A DNA stretch of 64,000 nt from Mycobacterium sp. (GCF_025933915.1 NZ_JAICZA010000003.1:4504-68503); one strand, 5' to 3'. Numbered from the stretch's first letter, positions 1-10,487 are shown. The notes: generated by a model not told the origin, from the letters alone. Numbers and translations are program-made.

Positions 1-1
1 C

Positions 2-73
2 ATCATCGTCGTGCTGGGTATCCGCATCTTCGGCAACGCCGCGGCACTGCGCCGCCGGCTCTTCGGGGCGTAG
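2..73 (+). CDS. 3' end of small basic family (DUF1290/Sbp, Rv1824-like) membrane protein, partial
   Basis: Frame 2 reads IIVVLGIRIFGNAAALRRRLFGA*, the typical C-terminus; lies directly upstream of the DUF881 gene as in M. tuberculosis. Confidence 0.8.
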   Translation: MIVVLGIRIFGNAAALRRRLFGA

Positions 74-127
74 TCGCGCGCCGGCGACGATGCAGAGCGA
101 AGCGATGAGGAGGAGTGGCGCCATGAC
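74..127 (+). repeat. Single MIRU-like intergenic unit
   Basis: cgccggcgacgatgcagagcgaagcgatgaggaggagtggcgccatgac resembles the mycobacterial MIRU core (GACGATGCAGAGCG..GCGATGAGGAGGAGTGGCGC..ATGAC) and lies between two co-oriented genes. Confidence 0.8.
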
Positions 128-142
128 CCCCTTGAGGTCAAC

Positions 143-1024
143 GTGAGCCAGGATCCAGCAGATCGCACCGCCGGCCAAAGTGGTGATGGGCCGGCCCGGT
201 CGGCTCACCCCGACGCCGATACGACGCCGGATCAGACCGCACCGCGCGGGCGCCACGAACTGCCGGGGAAAGGTCCCCGGCCCGGGATCGGGCCGGTCCG
301 CCGTACCGGCTTGTCCGCGATGCTGCGCGGTGGTCGCTCCCGGCTGGGTTTCGGGACGCTGGCCGTCCTGTTGTGTCTACTTCTCGGCGTCGCCATCGTC
401 ACGCAGGTCCGTCAGACCGAATCCGGCGATTCGCTGGACACGGCCCGTCCCGCCGACCTGTTGGTGTTGCTGGACTCGTTGCGGCAGCGCGAAGGCACGC
501 TCCGCAGCGAGGTGAATGAGCTGGAGAACACGCTGAATTCGTTACAGGCGTCCGGCAACAACGACCAGGCCGCCATCCAGTCCGCCCAGTCCCGGCTGGC
601 GGCGCTGTCGATCCTGGTCGGCGCGGTGGGCGCCACCGGGCCGGGCGTCACCGTCACGATCGAGGACCCGGGGCCAGGGGTTTCCCCTGAGGCGATGCTC
701 GACGTGATCAACGAGTTGCGTGCCGCCGGGGCCGAGGCGATCGAAGTCAACGATGCACACCAGTCCGTGCGGGTGGGCGTCGACACCTGGGTCGCGGGCA
801 TGCCCGGCTCGCTGACGATCGACTCTAAAACGCTGTCGCCCGCTTATTCGATTCTGGCGATTGGAGATCCACCCACGCTGGCCGCGGCCATGAACATTCC
901 CGGTGGCGCACAGGACACGGTCAAGCGCGTCGGTGCGCGAATGTCCGTCCAGCAGGGTGACCGGGTGGACGTGACCACCTTGCGGCAACCAAAACCGCAC
1001 CAATACGCTCAGCCCGTCAAGTGA
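143..1024 (+). CDS. DUF881 family protein (Rv1825-like), one TM helix plus coiled coil
   Basis: 293 aa; LLGVAIVTQVR TM segment, GPGVTVTIED, INELRAAGAEAIEVND and AIGDPPTL motifs; synteny. Confidence 0.9.
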   Translation: MSQDPADRTAGQSGDGPARSAHPDADTTPDQTAPRGRHELPGKGPRPGIGPVRRTGLSAMLRGGRSRLGFGTLAVLLCLLLGVAIVTQVRQTESGDSLDTARPADLLVLLDSLRQREGTLRSEVNELENTLNSLQASGNNDQAAIQSAQSRLAALSILVGAVGATGPGVTVTIEDPGPGVSPEAMLDVINELRAAGAEAIEVNDAHQSVRVGVDTWVAGMPGSLTIDSKTLSPAYSILAIGDPPTLAAAMNIPGGAQDTVKRVGARMSVQQGDRVDVTTLRQPKPHQYAQPVK

Positions 1025-1051
1025 GCAATTTCCGAACAGACAGGATCACTC

Positions 1052-1450
1052 GTGAGCGACATCCCGCCCGATCTGCACTACACCGCCGAACATGAATGGG
1101 TTCGTCGAAGTGGTGATGACACCGTGCGGGTGGGAATCACCGACTTTGCGCAGTCGGCGTTGGGCGATGTCGTTTTCGTTCAGCTGCCCGACGTGGGCGC
1201 CGAACTGACCGCGGGTGAATCCTTCGGCGAAGTCGAATCCACAAAATCGGTGTCGGACTTGTACGCCCCGCTGTCGGGCAAAGTGTCGGCCGTCAACACC
1301 GATCTGGAAGGCAGCCCGCAATTGGTGAACTCCGACCCGTATGGAGCCGGCTGGTTGCTGGATGTGCAGGTATCCGACGTCGCCGCAGCGGAGTCCGCCA
1401 TTTCGTCGCTGCTCGACGCGGAGGCCTACCGCGGAACGCTGACCGAATGA
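1052..1450 (+). CDS. gcvH: Glycine cleavage system H protein
   Basis: [27 protein letters not shown] lipoyl-lysine motif, NSDPYGAGW. Confidence 0.98.
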   Translation: MSDIPPDLHYTAEHEWVRRSGDDTVRVGITDFAQSALGDVVFVQLPDVGAELTAGESFGEVESTKSVSDLYAPLSGKVSAVNTDLEGSPQLVNSDPYGAGWLLDVQVSDVAAAESAISSLLDAEAYRGTLTE

Positions 1451-1678
1451 CGGTTGCTAATGTCCACGCAGCCCCGCGCGGCCGGGCGGGCGGTGCAACC
1501 GGCATATGGGGGGTCGAAGTTTCGGATCGTCAGGTGGTGGGCGCATTGCAGGCAGGTGCGCGGTACCGTCGACACATCTACCTTTTGAAGACCGGCATAC
1601 CGGGCAACACGACCTGGTGCGGAAGCCCGCCGAGCGTCCCGGACAGACAACGCCACAGCGGCCAGTGAGGAGCAGCGC

Positions 1679-2161
1679 GTGACGGACATGGACTCAGGAA
1701 GTCAGCAAGACCAGAATTCGGACGAAGTCACGGTAGAGACGACTTCTGTCTTCCGTGCCGACTTCCTCAACGAGCTGGACGCCCCCGCACAGGCGGGGAC
1801 GGAGAGCGCGGTATCCGGGGTCGAAGGGCTCCCGGCGGGTTCGGCGTTGCTGGTCGTCAAACGGGGCCCCAACGCGGGATCGCGGTTCTTGCTCGACCAG
1901 CCCACCACGTCGGCCGGCCGGCACCCCGACAGCGACATCTTTCTCGACGACGTGACCGTCAGCCGCCGCCACGCCGAATTCAGGTTGGAAAACAACGAAT
2001 TCAGCGTGGTCGACGTTGGTAGTCTCAACGGCACTTACGTCAACCGTGAGCCCGTGGATTCAGCGGTGCTCGCCAACGGTGACGAGGTGCAGATCGGCAA
2101 GTTCCGCTTGGTGTTTCTGACCGGACCCAAGCAGGGTGAGGACGGAGGATCTTCGGGCTAG
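1679..2161 (+). CDS. garA: FHA-domain metabolic regulator GarA (Cfp17/OdhI family)
   Basis: [11 protein letters not shown] phosphorylation motif; FHA signatures [20 protein letters not shown] and SLNGTYVN. Confidence 0.97.
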   Translation: MTDMDSGSQQDQNSDEVTVETTSVFRADFLNELDAPAQAGTESAVSGVEGLPAGSALLVVKRGPNAGSRFLLDQPTTSAGRHPDSDIFLDDVTVSRRHAEFRLENNEFSVVDVGSLNGTYVNREPVDSAVLANGDEVQIGKFRLVFLTGPKQGEDGGSSG

Positions 2162-2928
2162 TGAGCGCACCCGATAGCTCGGCACTGGCCGGGATGTCGA
2201 TCGGGGCGGTCTTGGAATTGTTGAGGCCGGACTTCCCCGATGTCACCATCTCCAAGATTCGCTTCTTGGAGGCCGAGGGGCTGGTGACGCCGCAACGGGC
2301 TGCGTCGGGGTATCGAAGGTTCACCGCGTATGACTGCGCGCGCTTGCGCTTCATCCTTACCGCGCAGCGCGATCACTATCTGCCGCTGAAGGTCATCCGG
2401 GCGCAGCTGGACGCCCAGCCGGACGGCGAGCTACCGCCCTTTAAGACCTCCTATACCGTCCCGCGCCTGGTGTCGGTGGCGGGGACAGGCGACGCCGGTG
2501 ACGGAGCGGACGCGGACTTCGGGCCGGGCTCCGACACCTCGGCGGTGGCGCCCACGCACGTCCGGCTCAGCCGTGAAGAGCTGCTGGAGCGCGCGGGTGT
2601 GGATGACGAGCTGCTGACCGCGTTGCTCAAAGCCGGCGTCATCACCACCGGCCCCGCCGGTTTCTTCGACGAACACGCCGTCGTCATCCTGCAATGCGCA
2701 CGGGCGCTGTCGGATTACGGTGTCGAGCCGCGGCATTTGCGCGCATTCCGATCGGCGGCCGATCGGCAGTCGGACCTGATCTCCCAAATCGCCGGGCCGG
2801 TAGTCAAAGCCGGCAAGGCCGGTGCCCGCGATCGCGCGGACGACTTGGCGCGTGAAGTTGCGGCGCTGGCCATCACGTTGCACACGTCGTTGATCAAATC
2901 CGCCGTTCGCGACGTTCTGGATCGCTGA
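2161..2928 (+). CDS. MerR-family transcriptional regulator (Rv1828-like)
   Basis: MSIGAVL...[26 protein letters not shown] MerR HTH; start overlaps the garA stop. Confidence 0.92.
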   Translation: MSAPDSSALAGMSIGAVLELLRPDFPDVTISKIRFLEAEGLVTPQRAASGYRRFTAYDCARLRFILTAQRDHYLPLKVIRAQLDAQPDGELPPFKTSYTVPRLVSVAGTGDAGDGADADFGPGSDTSAVAPTHVRLSREELLERAGVDDELLTALLKAGVITTGPAGFFDEHAVVILQCARALSDYGVEPRHLRAFRSAADRQSDLISQIAGPVVKAGKAGARDRADDLAREVAALAITLHTSLIKSAVRDVLDR

Positions 2929-3039
2929 GGACTAGACTTCGGTCGACAACTTGGTTTCGGCGGTAGGGCGGATTTTTGGCCTCGCCGTCGCTCCGAATAC
3001 GAATCCAACCGGCGCCACGAATGCGGAGGGCAGACACAA

Positions 3040-3534
3040 ATGGGAGAGGTTCGTGTTGTCGGCATTCGCGTGGAGCAGCCGCAAAACCAGCCGGTGTTGT
3101 TGCTGCGCGAAACCGACGGTGACCGTTACCTGCCAATCTGGATCGGTCAGTCGGAGGCTGCCGCCATCGCCCTCGAGCAGCAGGGCGTTGAGCCGCCTCG
3201 CCCGTTGACGCACGACTTGATCAGGGATGTCATTGCCGCGCTTGGGCATTCGCTGAAAGAGGTGCGGATCGTCGATCTGCAGGAAGGGACTTTCTACGCC
3301 GACCTGGTGTTCGACCGCAACATCACCGTGTCGGCCCGTCCCTCGGATTCGGTGGCGATAGCACTGCGCGTCGGTGTTCCCATCTATGTCGAGGAGCCCG
3401 TGCTTGCCCAGGCCGGGCTGCTGATCCCCGACGAGACCGACGAAGAGGGTGGCACCGCCGTCCGCGAGGACGAGGTGGAGAAGTTCAAAGAATTTCTCGA
3501 CAGCGTGTCTCCCGACGATTTCAAGGCCACCTAG
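3040..3534 (+). CDS. Bifunctional nuclease family protein (DUF151, Rv1829-like)
   Basis: LPIWIGQSEA, RPLTHDL, GTFYADL and ARPSDSVAIALR motifs. Confidence 0.93.
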   Translation: MGEVRVVGIRVEQPQNQPVLLLRETDGDRYLPIWIGQSEAAAIALEQQGVEPPRPLTHDLIRDVIAALGHSLKEVRIVDLQEGTFYADLVFDRNITVSARPSDSVAIALRVGVPIYVEEPVLAQAGLLIPDETDEEGGTAVREDEVEKFKEFLDSVSPDDFKAT

Positions 3535-3643
3535 CCCGTCGACGATGCAGCCCGCGTAGCGGGGTGTTGAGGAGAGGGGCGATCGGGCTGAGCCCGTCGA
3601 CGATGCAGCCCGCGTAGCGGGGTTGAGGAGAGGGGCGATCGGG
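3533..3643 (+). repeat. Two-copy ~58-bp MIRU-like tandem repeat (VNTR candidate)
   Basis: agcccgtcgacgatgcagcccgcgtagcgggg(tg)ttgaggagaggggcgatcggg begins at 3533 and 3591; the second copy lacks 2 nt. Confidence 0.9.
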
Positions 3644-3921
3644 TCCCGCCGGCCTACCACCAGCGGTTAGGAAGGACGGGTGTGGCTGGACTAGCCTGGG
3701 TGCGGACATCACGGATGCATCTCAACTAGCGACGTGATGTCGACACGCTGGCGGATAGGTCGCCCAGTTGGCCCCGAGGCGGCCATACTTTGATCACGAC
3801 TTCAGGCCCGGCGGCTATCGGAAAGCGTAAGCTCACTAGCACTCGGGTCTGAGCAGACGTGGCTGCGGTGCAGCCAGAGACGCAGCTAACGACGAGAGCG
3901 CGATCGCGGAGAGGAACCACC

Positions 3922-4551
3922 GTGAGCGAGCAGCCACGCCAAGAGCAGCTCAACCTAGCTGAGCAGGGTAACGCAGCGAGCAGTGACCGCTGCGTCACCG
4001 CGGCCAGCGCACCCGTGCAGCCCGGACTTTTCCCGGACGACTCCGTGCCCGACGAACTGGTCGGCTACCGCGGACCGAGTGCGTGCCAGATTGCCGGTAT
4101 CACCTACCGGCAACTGGATTACTGGGCGCGCACCTCGCTGGTCGTCCCGTCGATCCGCAGCGCGGCGGGCTCCGGAAGCCAGCGGCTCTACTCGTTCAAG
4201 GACATCCTGGTTCTCAAGATCGTCAAGCGGTTGCTCGACACCGGCATCTCGTTGCACAACATCCGCGTCGCGGTCGACCACCTGCGCCAGCGCGGTGTTC
4301 AGGATCTGGCCAACATCACCCTGTTCTCCGACGGCACTACAGTTTACGAGTGCACGTCCGCCGAAGAGGTCGTTGACCTGCTGCAGGGTGGGCAGGGCGT
4401 ATTCGGCATCGCCGTGTCGGGCGCCATGCGCGAGCTGACCGGCGTCATCGCGGACTTCCCGGGCGAGCGGGCCGACGGCGGTGAGTCAATCGCCGAGCCG
4501 GAAGACGAGCTGGCGTCCCGGCGCAAGCACCGCGACCGCAAGATCGGCTGA
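3922..4551 (+). CDS. MerR-family regulator (Rv1830/McdR-like)
   Basis: GYRGPSACQIAGITYRQLDYWART and QRLYSFKDILVLKIVKRLLD; GTG at 3922 follows GGAGAGG; 209 aa. Confidence 0.92.
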   Translation: MSEQPRQEQLNLAEQGNAASSDRCVTAASAPVQPGLFPDDSVPDELVGYRGPSACQIAGITYRQLDYWARTSLVVPSIRSAAGSGSQRLYSFKDILVLKIVKRLLDTGISLHNIRVAVDHLRQRGVQDLANITLFSDGTTVYECTSAEEVVDLLQGGQGVFGIAVSGAMRELTGVIADFPGERADGGESIAEPEDELASRRKHRDRKIG

Positions 4552-4557
4552 CTGTTT

Positions 4558-4623
4558 CGGCGCGACGGTGCGCAGAATGCCACGCTTCACGGCGTGTCGG
4601 CGTACAGACACGCACGCTCGCCG
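4558..4623. repeat. Mycobacterial REP-like palindromic element
   Basis: Imperfect inverted repeat cggcgcgacggtgcg...cgcacgctcgccg around a cggcgtgtcg core, just after the 4551 stop. Confidence 0.6.
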
Positions 4624-4657
4624 CGGGTTCGCACACGCGCCCGAGTAAGCGCCCGAG

Positions 4658-4663
4658 TAAACT
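4658..4663 (+). promoter_or_regulatory. Candidate -10 element for the riboswitch/gcvP transcript
   Basis: TAAACT (TANNNT) ~20 nt upstream of aptamer 1; preceded by a direct repeat gcccgagtaa at 4639 and 4651. Confidence 0.45.
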
Positions 4664-4677
4664 GGGCCGCGCATCGT

Positions 4678-4903
4678 ATTCGAGCGGGAGAGTTCCGTGG
4701 CTGCCAGTCACGGACGCCGAAGGAGCAACACCTCTCCGTCAACCTCTCAGGCACCCGGACCGCGCGAAACAATGATGCCTCTGGAAAGCGGTGGAGATCC
4801 CTGGAGATTCCAGCGGTCGACACCCGCCGATGGGGAAAGGCGCTTCGGACAAGCATCCGGCGCCGAATCTCTCAGGTGCCCGGCGAATGGGTGAAGACAG
4901 AGG
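4678..4903 (+). ncRNA. Tandem glycine riboswitch
   Basis: Aptamer 1: GCGGGAGAG...CGCCGAAGGAGCAA...CTCTCAGGCAC..GGACCGC. Aptamer 2: CCTCTGGAAAG...CGCCGATGGG...ATCTCTCAGG...GACAGAGG. Directly upstream of gcvP. Confidence 0.93.
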
Positions 4904-4962
4904 GAGAGGGCCGTTCGTCCTCTGCCTTGATCTGTCTTTGTCCGCCTACTCAGGAGTTTCCA

Positions 4963-7791
4963 GTGCCCGACCAATCCACTTTCGCAGCTCGGCACATCGG
5001 CCCGGACGGCCAGGCCGTCGCGGCCATGCTCACCGTCATCGGTGTCGACTCCCTGGGCGAGCTGGCGTCCAAGGCGGTTCCGGCGGGCATCCTGGACAGG
5101 CTCACCGACGGCGGTGCCGCGCCGGGCCTCGACCGGCTGCCGGCACCCGCCAGTGAAACCGAGGCGCTGACCGAGTTGCGGGCGTTGGCCGAGGCCAACA
5201 CGGTGGCCGTGTCCATGATCGGTCAGGGCTACTACGACACGCTCACGCCCCCGGTGTTGCTGCGTAACATCTTGGAGAACCCGGCCTGGTACACCGCCTA
5301 TACGCCTTACCAGCCGGAGATCAGCCAGGGCCGGCTCGAGGCGCTGCTGAATTTTCAGACGATGGTGGCCGACCTGACCGGCCTCGAGGTCGCCAACGCC
5401 TCCATGCTCGACGAGGGCACCGCGGCCGCCGAGGCCATGACGTTGATGCACCGCGCGGCCCGCGCCAAGACCAACCGGCTGGCCGTGGACGCCGACGTCT
5501 TCGCCCAGACCGCGGCCATCGTGGCCACCAGGGCAAAGCCGCTGGGCATCGAGATCGTCACGGCCGACCTGCGCCAAGGGCTGCCGGACGGAGAGTTCTT
5601 CGGCGTCATCACACAGCTGCCCGGGGCCAGCGGACAGGTCACCGACTGGGCGGCCCTGGTTCGGCAGGCGCACGACCGCGGCGCGCTGATCGCCATCGGC
5701 GCCGACCTGCTCGCCATGACTCTGGTCACGCCCCCCGGGGAGATCGGCGCCGACGTCGCTTTCGGCAGCACCCAAAGATTCGGTGTGCCAATGGGATTCG
5801 GCGGCCCGCACGCCGGTTACCTGGCAGTGCACGCCAGCCACGCCCGTCAGCTGCCCGGCCGCCTGGTGGGCGTGTCGCTGGACGCCGACGGCTCGCCGGC
5901 CTACCGGCTGGCGCTGCAGACCCGCGAGCAACACATCCGTCGCGACAAGGCGACCAGCAACATCTGCACCGCGCAGGTGCTGCTGGCGGTGATGGCCGCG
6001 ATGTACGGCAGCTACCACGGCGCCGAGGGGCTGACCGCGATCGCGCGCCGCGTCCACGGTCACGCCGAGGCGATCGCCGCGGGCATCGGCGATGCGCTGG
6101 TGCACGAGAAGTACTTCGACACCGTGCTGGCCCGGGTGCCGGGCCGTGCCGACGAGGTGCTCGCCGCGGCGAAAGCCAACGGCATCAACCTGTGGCGTGT
6201 CGACGACGACCACGTGTCGGTGGCCTGCGACGAGGCCACCACCGACGAGCACGTTGCCGCGGTGCTCGAGGCCTTCGGCGCGCAGGCCGGGCAGGTGGGG
6301 CCCGGTGCCGGCATCATCACCCGCACATCGGAGTTCCTGACCCATCCCGCTTTCACCCAGTACCGCACCGAGACGGCGATGATGCGCTACCTGCGCACGC
6401 TGGCGGACAAAGATATCGCGTTGGACCGCAGCATGATTCCACTCGGGTCGTGCACCATGAAACTCAATGCGGCCGCCGAGATGGAACCGATCACCTGGCC
6501 GGAATTCGCCCGTCAGCATCCATTTGCACCGGCGGCCGACACCCCGGGCCTGCGGCGCCTGATCGCCGACCTGGAGACCTGGTTGGTGCAGATCACCGGT
6601 TATGACGCCGTCTCGCTGCAGCCCAACGCGGGGTCGCAAGGCGAGTACGCCGGGCTGTTGGCGATCCACGACTATCACGCCAGCCGCGGCGAAGCGCACC
6701 GCGACATCTGCCTCATTCCGTCGAGCGCGCACGGCACCAACGCGGCGTCGGCCGCCCTGGCCGGGATGCGGGTCGTGGTGGTGGGCTGCCACGACAACGG
6801 CGACGTGGACCTCGATGATTTGCGCGCCAAAGTCGGCGAGCACGGTGATCGGCTGTCGACGCTGATGATCACCTACCCGTCGACACACGGTGTCTACGAG
6901 CACGACATCGCCGAGATCTGTGCGGCCACCCACGACGCGGGGGGCCAGGTGTACGTGGATGGCGCCAACCTCAATGCGCTGGTCGGCCTGGCGCGGCCGG
7001 GAAAGTTCGGTGGTGACGTCAGCCACCTGAACCTGCACAAGACGTTCTGTATTCCGCACGGGGGCGGAGGACCGGGGGTCGGGCCGGTGGCGGTGCGTTC
7101 TCATCTGGCGCCGTTCCTTCCGGGACACCCGCATGCCCCCGAATTGCCCCAGGGGCATCCGGTGTCGTCGGCGCCGTACGGGTCCGCCTCGATCCTGCCG
7201 ATCAGCTGGGCCTACATCCGGATGATGGGAGCCGAAGGCTTACGCGCGGCGTCGCTGACCGCGATCGCGTCGGCCAACTACATCGCCCGCCGCCTCGACG
7301 AGTACTTCCCGGTGCTGTATACGGGCGAGAACGGCATGGTGGCTCACGAATGCATCCTGGACCTGCGGGGCATCACCAAGTCCACCGGCGTGACTGTCGA
7401 CGATGTCGCAAAACGGCTGGCGGACTACGGCTTTCACGCGCCAACCATGAGTTTCCCGGTGGCCGGCACGCTGATGGTGGAGCCCACCGAGAGCGAGAGC
7501 CTGACCGAAGTCGATGCCTTCTGCGACGCCATGATCGCCATCCGCGCCGAGATCGACCGGGTGGGCGCGGGGGAGTGGCCGGTTGACGACAACCCGCTGC
7601 GGGGCGCCCCGCACACGGCCGAATGCCTGGTGATCGGCGACTGGGACCACGCGTACACCCGGGAAGAAGCCGCCTATCCGCTGGGCAAGGGCTTCCGGCC
7701 CAAGGTGTGGCCGCCGGTGCGTCGCATCGACGGCGCTTACGGCGACCGCAATCTGGTCTGCTCGTGCCCGCCGGTGGAGGCGTTCGCCTGA
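4963..7791 (+). CDS. gcvP: Glycine dehydrogenase (decarboxylating), single-chain P protein
   Basis: [43 protein letters not shown]-lysine motif, GDRNLVCSC; GTG at 4963 follows AGGAG; 942 aa. Confidence 0.98.
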   Translation: MPDQSTFAARHIGPDGQAVAAMLTVIGVDSLGELASKAVPAGILDRLTDGGAAPGLDRLPAPASETEALTELRALAEANTVAVSMIGQGYYDTLTPPVLLRNILENPAWYTAYTPYQPEISQGRLEALLNFQTMVADLTGLEVANASMLDEGTAAAEAMTLMHRAARAKTNRLAVDADVFAQTAAIVATRAKPLGIEIVTADLRQGLPDGEFFGVITQLPGASGQVTDWAALVRQAHDRGALIAIGADLLAMTLVTPPGEIGADVAFGSTQRFGVPMGFGGPHAGYLAVHASHARQLPGRLVGVSLDADGSPAYRLALQTREQHIRRDKATSNICTAQVLLAVMAAMYGSYHGAEGLTAIARRVHGHAEAIAAGIGDALVHEKYFDTVLARVPGRADEVLAAAKANGINLWRVDDDHVSVACDEATTDEHVAAVLEAFGAQAGQVGPGAGIITRTSEFLTHPAFTQYRTETAMMRYLRTLADKDIALDRSMIPLGSCTMKLNAAAEMEPITWPEFARQHPFAPAADTPGLRRLIADLETWLVQITGYDAVSLQPNAGSQGEYAGLLAIHDYHASRGEAHRDICLIPSSAHGTNAASAALAGMRVVVVGCHDNGDVDLDDLRAKVGEHGDRLSTLMITYPSTHGVYEHDIAEICAATHDAGGQVYVDGANLNALVGLARPGKFGGDVSHLNLHKTFCIPHGGGGPGVGPVAVRSHLAPFLPGHPHAPELPQGHPVSSAPYGSASILPISWAYIRMMGAEGLRAASLTAIASANYIARRLDEYFPVLYTGENGMVAHECILDLRGITKSTGVTVDDVAKRLADYGFHAPTMSFPVAGTLMVEPTESESLTEVDAFCDAMIAIRAEIDRVGAGEWPVDDNPLRGAPHTAECLVIGDWDHAYTREEAAYPLGKGFRPKVWPPVRRIDGAYGDRNLVCSCPPVEAFA

Positions 7792-7795
7792 CGGA

Positions 7796-8440
7796 TCACC
7801 CCGGTGTCGACGCGGGGGCCTGCACCGCCAGTGGCACCAGGTACCGGCGGGCGAAGTCGCGGGCCTCGTTCAGGTTGTAGATCGGGATGACGGACTTGGG
7901 CGTCTTGATCAGCGAGATGATCAGCCGTCCGATCATCTCGCCGACGACCTCGGTGTCGAGGTCGGCAGCCAGTTCGCCGCGCTCCTGCCAGCGGCGCAGC
8001 CAGGTCGCGATGTAGCTGCGGGTCATGGCGATCAGGTTCTCGTCGGTCAGGTAGGCGGACAGTTCCCCGGCGGCGGGCGATTCGCGGATGCTTCGGGTCA
8101 GAAGCTTGGGGGCGGAGGCCTCGTGAACGAATGCGGCGAAGACTTCGGCGATCCCTTCTTCCGGGGTTGCCGCGCGCCCCGCGACCTCGGAGACCAGCGT
8201 GCTCAACCGTAGTGATTCGTCCATGATGGTCAGCCGCACCAGGTTTCGCTTGTGCCGGAAACGGCGGTAGACCGTGGCGACGCCGACGCCGGCGGTGTCG
8301 GCGATGTCTTGCATGGTGGTGTTGGAGAATCCGCGCTCGGTGAAGCAGGTGCGTGCCGCGGTGACGATCGCGCGGGCGGTCGGATCGAGACTGGCCAAAC
8401 CGTCGGGCAGCAAGCCCAGCAGCATCGCGGAGTCGACCAT
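7796..8440 (-). CDS. TetR/AcrR-family transcriptional regulator
   Basis: AARTCFTERGFSNTTMQDIADTAGVGVATVYRRFRHK HTH; ATG at 8440 preceded by GGAGGG; 214 aa. Confidence 0.93.
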   Translation of the reverse strand: MVDSAMLLGLLPDGLASLDPTARAIVTAARTCFTERGFSNTTMQDIADTAGVGVATVYRRFRHKRNLVRLTIMDESLRLSTLVSEVAGRAATPEEGIAEVFAAFVHEASAPKLLTRSIRESPAAGELSAYLTDENLIAMTRSYIATWLRRWQERGELAADLDTEVVGEMIGRLIISLIKTPKSVIPIYNLNEARDFARRYLVPLAVQAPASTPG

Positions 8441-8505
8441 CTGCCCTCCAGCCGGGTGGGGTATCACGTCGTATCGCGTTGCGGTCGCTTCGGCGTCGTG
8501 CCGAA

Positions 8506-9489
8506 TCAGGTCTGGCCTGGCACCGCGAACGAATCCAGCAATACCGAACGGTAGCGGTCGCGAAGCCGCTCGTATTGGTAGCGGTTGTACGCGAGGGGTT
8601 CCAGTGTGAGCCGGCGCGGCAACCATCGCCAGCCCATCTGCAAAGCGGCGACGTAGACGGCGAACTCGACTTGCTCGCGGGTGCCCCACCGCACGCCGAG
8701 CAGCCGGCGCATGGTGGGATGCGCGACCGCGGCCGAACACACGACCACCGGACGTGATGCGAGCGCGGTCATCACCGGCCAGACCAATCGCAGCATGGGC
8801 CGAATCTGCCGGGAAACCAACAACTTCGGGATCGGCGGGGCGACGAAGCTGCGGTTGGCGAATTGCAGAAATTCGTTGTCGGCCAAGTCGCTTGCCGCAA
8901 CGGCGTCATAGCGCCGAAGCATGTCGTGCAGGGTCGCCGGGAGTTTCCCCTGCTTGCTGGGCAGTTCGAGAAACTGCAGTTCCGAGCGCAGCGTCTGATA
9001 GACGACTTCCTTTTCGGCCGGGGTGAGGCGACGGCCACACACCCGCAGGTAACCCTGATACAAAAGGTTGAGACCGCTCACGGCCACCCAGGTCCACACC
9101 TCGGGGTTCAGCGCGCTGTAGCGGGTGTCGCTGAAGGAGTCCTTTCCCGTGCCGCGCACGTCGCGGTGCAATCGTTTGAGGTCGGCCCGCGATGCCTGCA
9201 CGTCCGAACTGTCGCCGAATGCCGCCAGCGCCGTGAATGCGGCGCTGCGGATCCCACGGTCGGTGAAGTTGTCGGCGAATCGTCCGCTGCGATCCACTGC
9301 GGCCGCGATTTCCCGGTGCGCGACCTGGTCGAGGGCCAGACGGCCGAACGCCGCGGCCAACGGTGATCCCGCGAACCACCTGACATCGTCGGCCAACGCC
9401 CGATGCGCGGAATCCAATTCCGGTTCCGTGGGGGCGATTGCCGCCCCGGAATCGTTGCCACGTCGTTTAATTCGGCTTGTCGTCGTCAT
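8506..9489 (-). CDS. DUF2236 / oxygenase MpaB-family protein (copy B)
   Basis: ALDQVAHREIAAAVDRSG...DRGIRS...LKRLHRDVRG...YSALNPEVWTWV pattern; SD AAGGAGG before ATG 9489; 327 aa. Confidence 0.85.
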   Translation of the reverse strand: MTTTSRIKRRGNDSGAAIAPTEPELDSAHRALADDVRWFAGSPLAAAFGRLALDQVAHREIAAAVDRSGRFADNFTDRGIRSAAFTALAAFGDSSDVQASRADLKRLHRDVRGTGKDSFSDTRYSALNPEVWTWVAVSGLNLLYQGYLRVCGRRLTPAEKEVVYQTLRSELQFLELPSKQGKLPATLHDMLRRYDAVAASDLADNEFLQFANRSFVAPPIPKLLVSRQIRPMLRLVWPVMTALASRPVVVCSAAVAHPTMRRLLGVRWGTREQVEFAVYVAALQMGWRWLPRRLTLEPLAYNRYQYERLRDRYRSVLLDSFAVPGQT

Positions 9490-9520
9490 AGCGTTCCTCC
9501 TTGTGCGCGTCGGCGCGTCG

Positions 9521-10411
9521 TCACACGACGGTTGCCCCGATTCGGTGGCGCAAACGCATGTCCCACACCACCGCCTGCACACCCAGGCGTGTCAAGAACC
9601 GCGGCGTGAACAGGTCTAACACCCCGAAAACACGCTGCCAGCGGTCGAATCGGCGTTGCTGCGCGCCCGACCAGCGGAACCCGAGTTTTTCGCGCAGCTG
9701 CGGCGGCAGGTACCCCAGCGTCATGAAAAGATTCCATCCGCCGAACAGTGCCGAAATGGGGGCGGGCAGAAACGTCAGCCGCGCGATTCCGATCAGATAG
9801 CTGCGCATGCGCTCGTCGAAGTCGAGTCGATCGAGTTGCTCCTGCCAGTACCGGTCAGCGGCTGCCCGGTCGGCGGGCCACATTTCGGGCGGTACCTGCA
9901 ACGTGGTGGCGAACACCGACGCGGCCCGGTGCACGGTTTCGGGGTCGTGTCGGGATCGGCCGCCCCGCAGCTTGCGGGTGTCCTCGAAGACCGCGGCCAT
10001 GCAGGAGGCAACCCAGAGTTGTAACGCGGGGTCGAATGCGTTGTAGCGCACCGGGCTTTGTGGGCCGGAGCGCACCTGCACGTGTGCGGCGTTGACCGCA
10101 TCCCGATACACCCGGCGATCCTGCGCGTTGCCGGCGATGGTCACCGCGATGTAGGTGAAGGTGGTGCGGGCCCGTTTGAAGGGATGCTTGTACAGGTTGC
10201 CGCTGTCGACCTTGCTTTCCATCACGCCATAGGCCACACCCGGATTGGCCAGCTGCATCACGACATTCGCCGCGCCGTAAGCGGGGGACAACCAGGGCGA
10301 GATCTCCTCGGCCAGAAACGATGTGTCGGCCGAATCCGTGTACGCCCGCTGGGCGCGCCGATCGGGGCGGACCGATGCGTCCTCCGGATCCGAGGGCAAG
10401 GGTTGGGCCAT
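9521..10411 (-). CDS. DUF2236 / oxygenase MpaB-family protein (copy A)
   Basis: ANVVMQLANPGVAYGV...HPFKRARTTFTY...VNAAHVQV...YNAFDPALQLWVA...TTLQVPPEMWPAD; SD AGGAAGG; 296 aa. Confidence 0.9.
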   Translation of the reverse strand: MAQPLPSDPEDASVRPDRRAQRAYTDSADTSFLAEEISPWLSPAYGAANVVMQLANPGVAYGVMESKVDSGNLYKHPFKRARTTFTYIAVTIAGNAQDRRVYRDAVNAAHVQVRSGPQSPVRYNAFDPALQLWVASCMAAVFEDTRKLRGGRSRHDPETVHRAASVFATTLQVPPEMWPADRAAADRYWQEQLDRLDFDERMRSYLIGIARLTFLPAPISALFGGWNLFMTLGYLPPQLREKLGFRWSGAQQRRFDRWQRVFGVLDLFTPRFLTRLGVQAVVWDMRLRHRIGATVV

Positions 10412-10460
10412 GGCGCGCCTTCCTGGGTGGGCTAGCGGACATCTTCCCAAGCCCAAGCAT

Positions 10461-10487
10461 TGATAGAAATGATGGCGACTTCTATCA
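10461..10487. promoter_or_regulatory. Perfect inverted repeat TGATAGAA-N11-TTCTATCA, candidate TetR operator
   Basis: 8-bp arms 50 nt upstream of the first gene of the DUF2236-DUF2236-tetR unit; a degenerate copy TGATAGAC-N11-TTCTCCG lies at 10515-10540. Confidence 0.65.

Noticed and set aside
1447-1668. 73-aa ORF between gcvH and garA
   Set aside because: No recognisable motif or SD; it most likely covers the garA promoter region.
4594-4962. 123-aa N-terminal extension of the GcvP ORF in the track (1065 aa)
   Set aside because: It runs through the glycine riboswitch; the SD and homology place the start at GTG 4963.
4747-7158. 803-aa antisense ORF opposite gcvP
   Set aside because: Shadow frame caused by high GC3 codon bias; no recognisable motifs.
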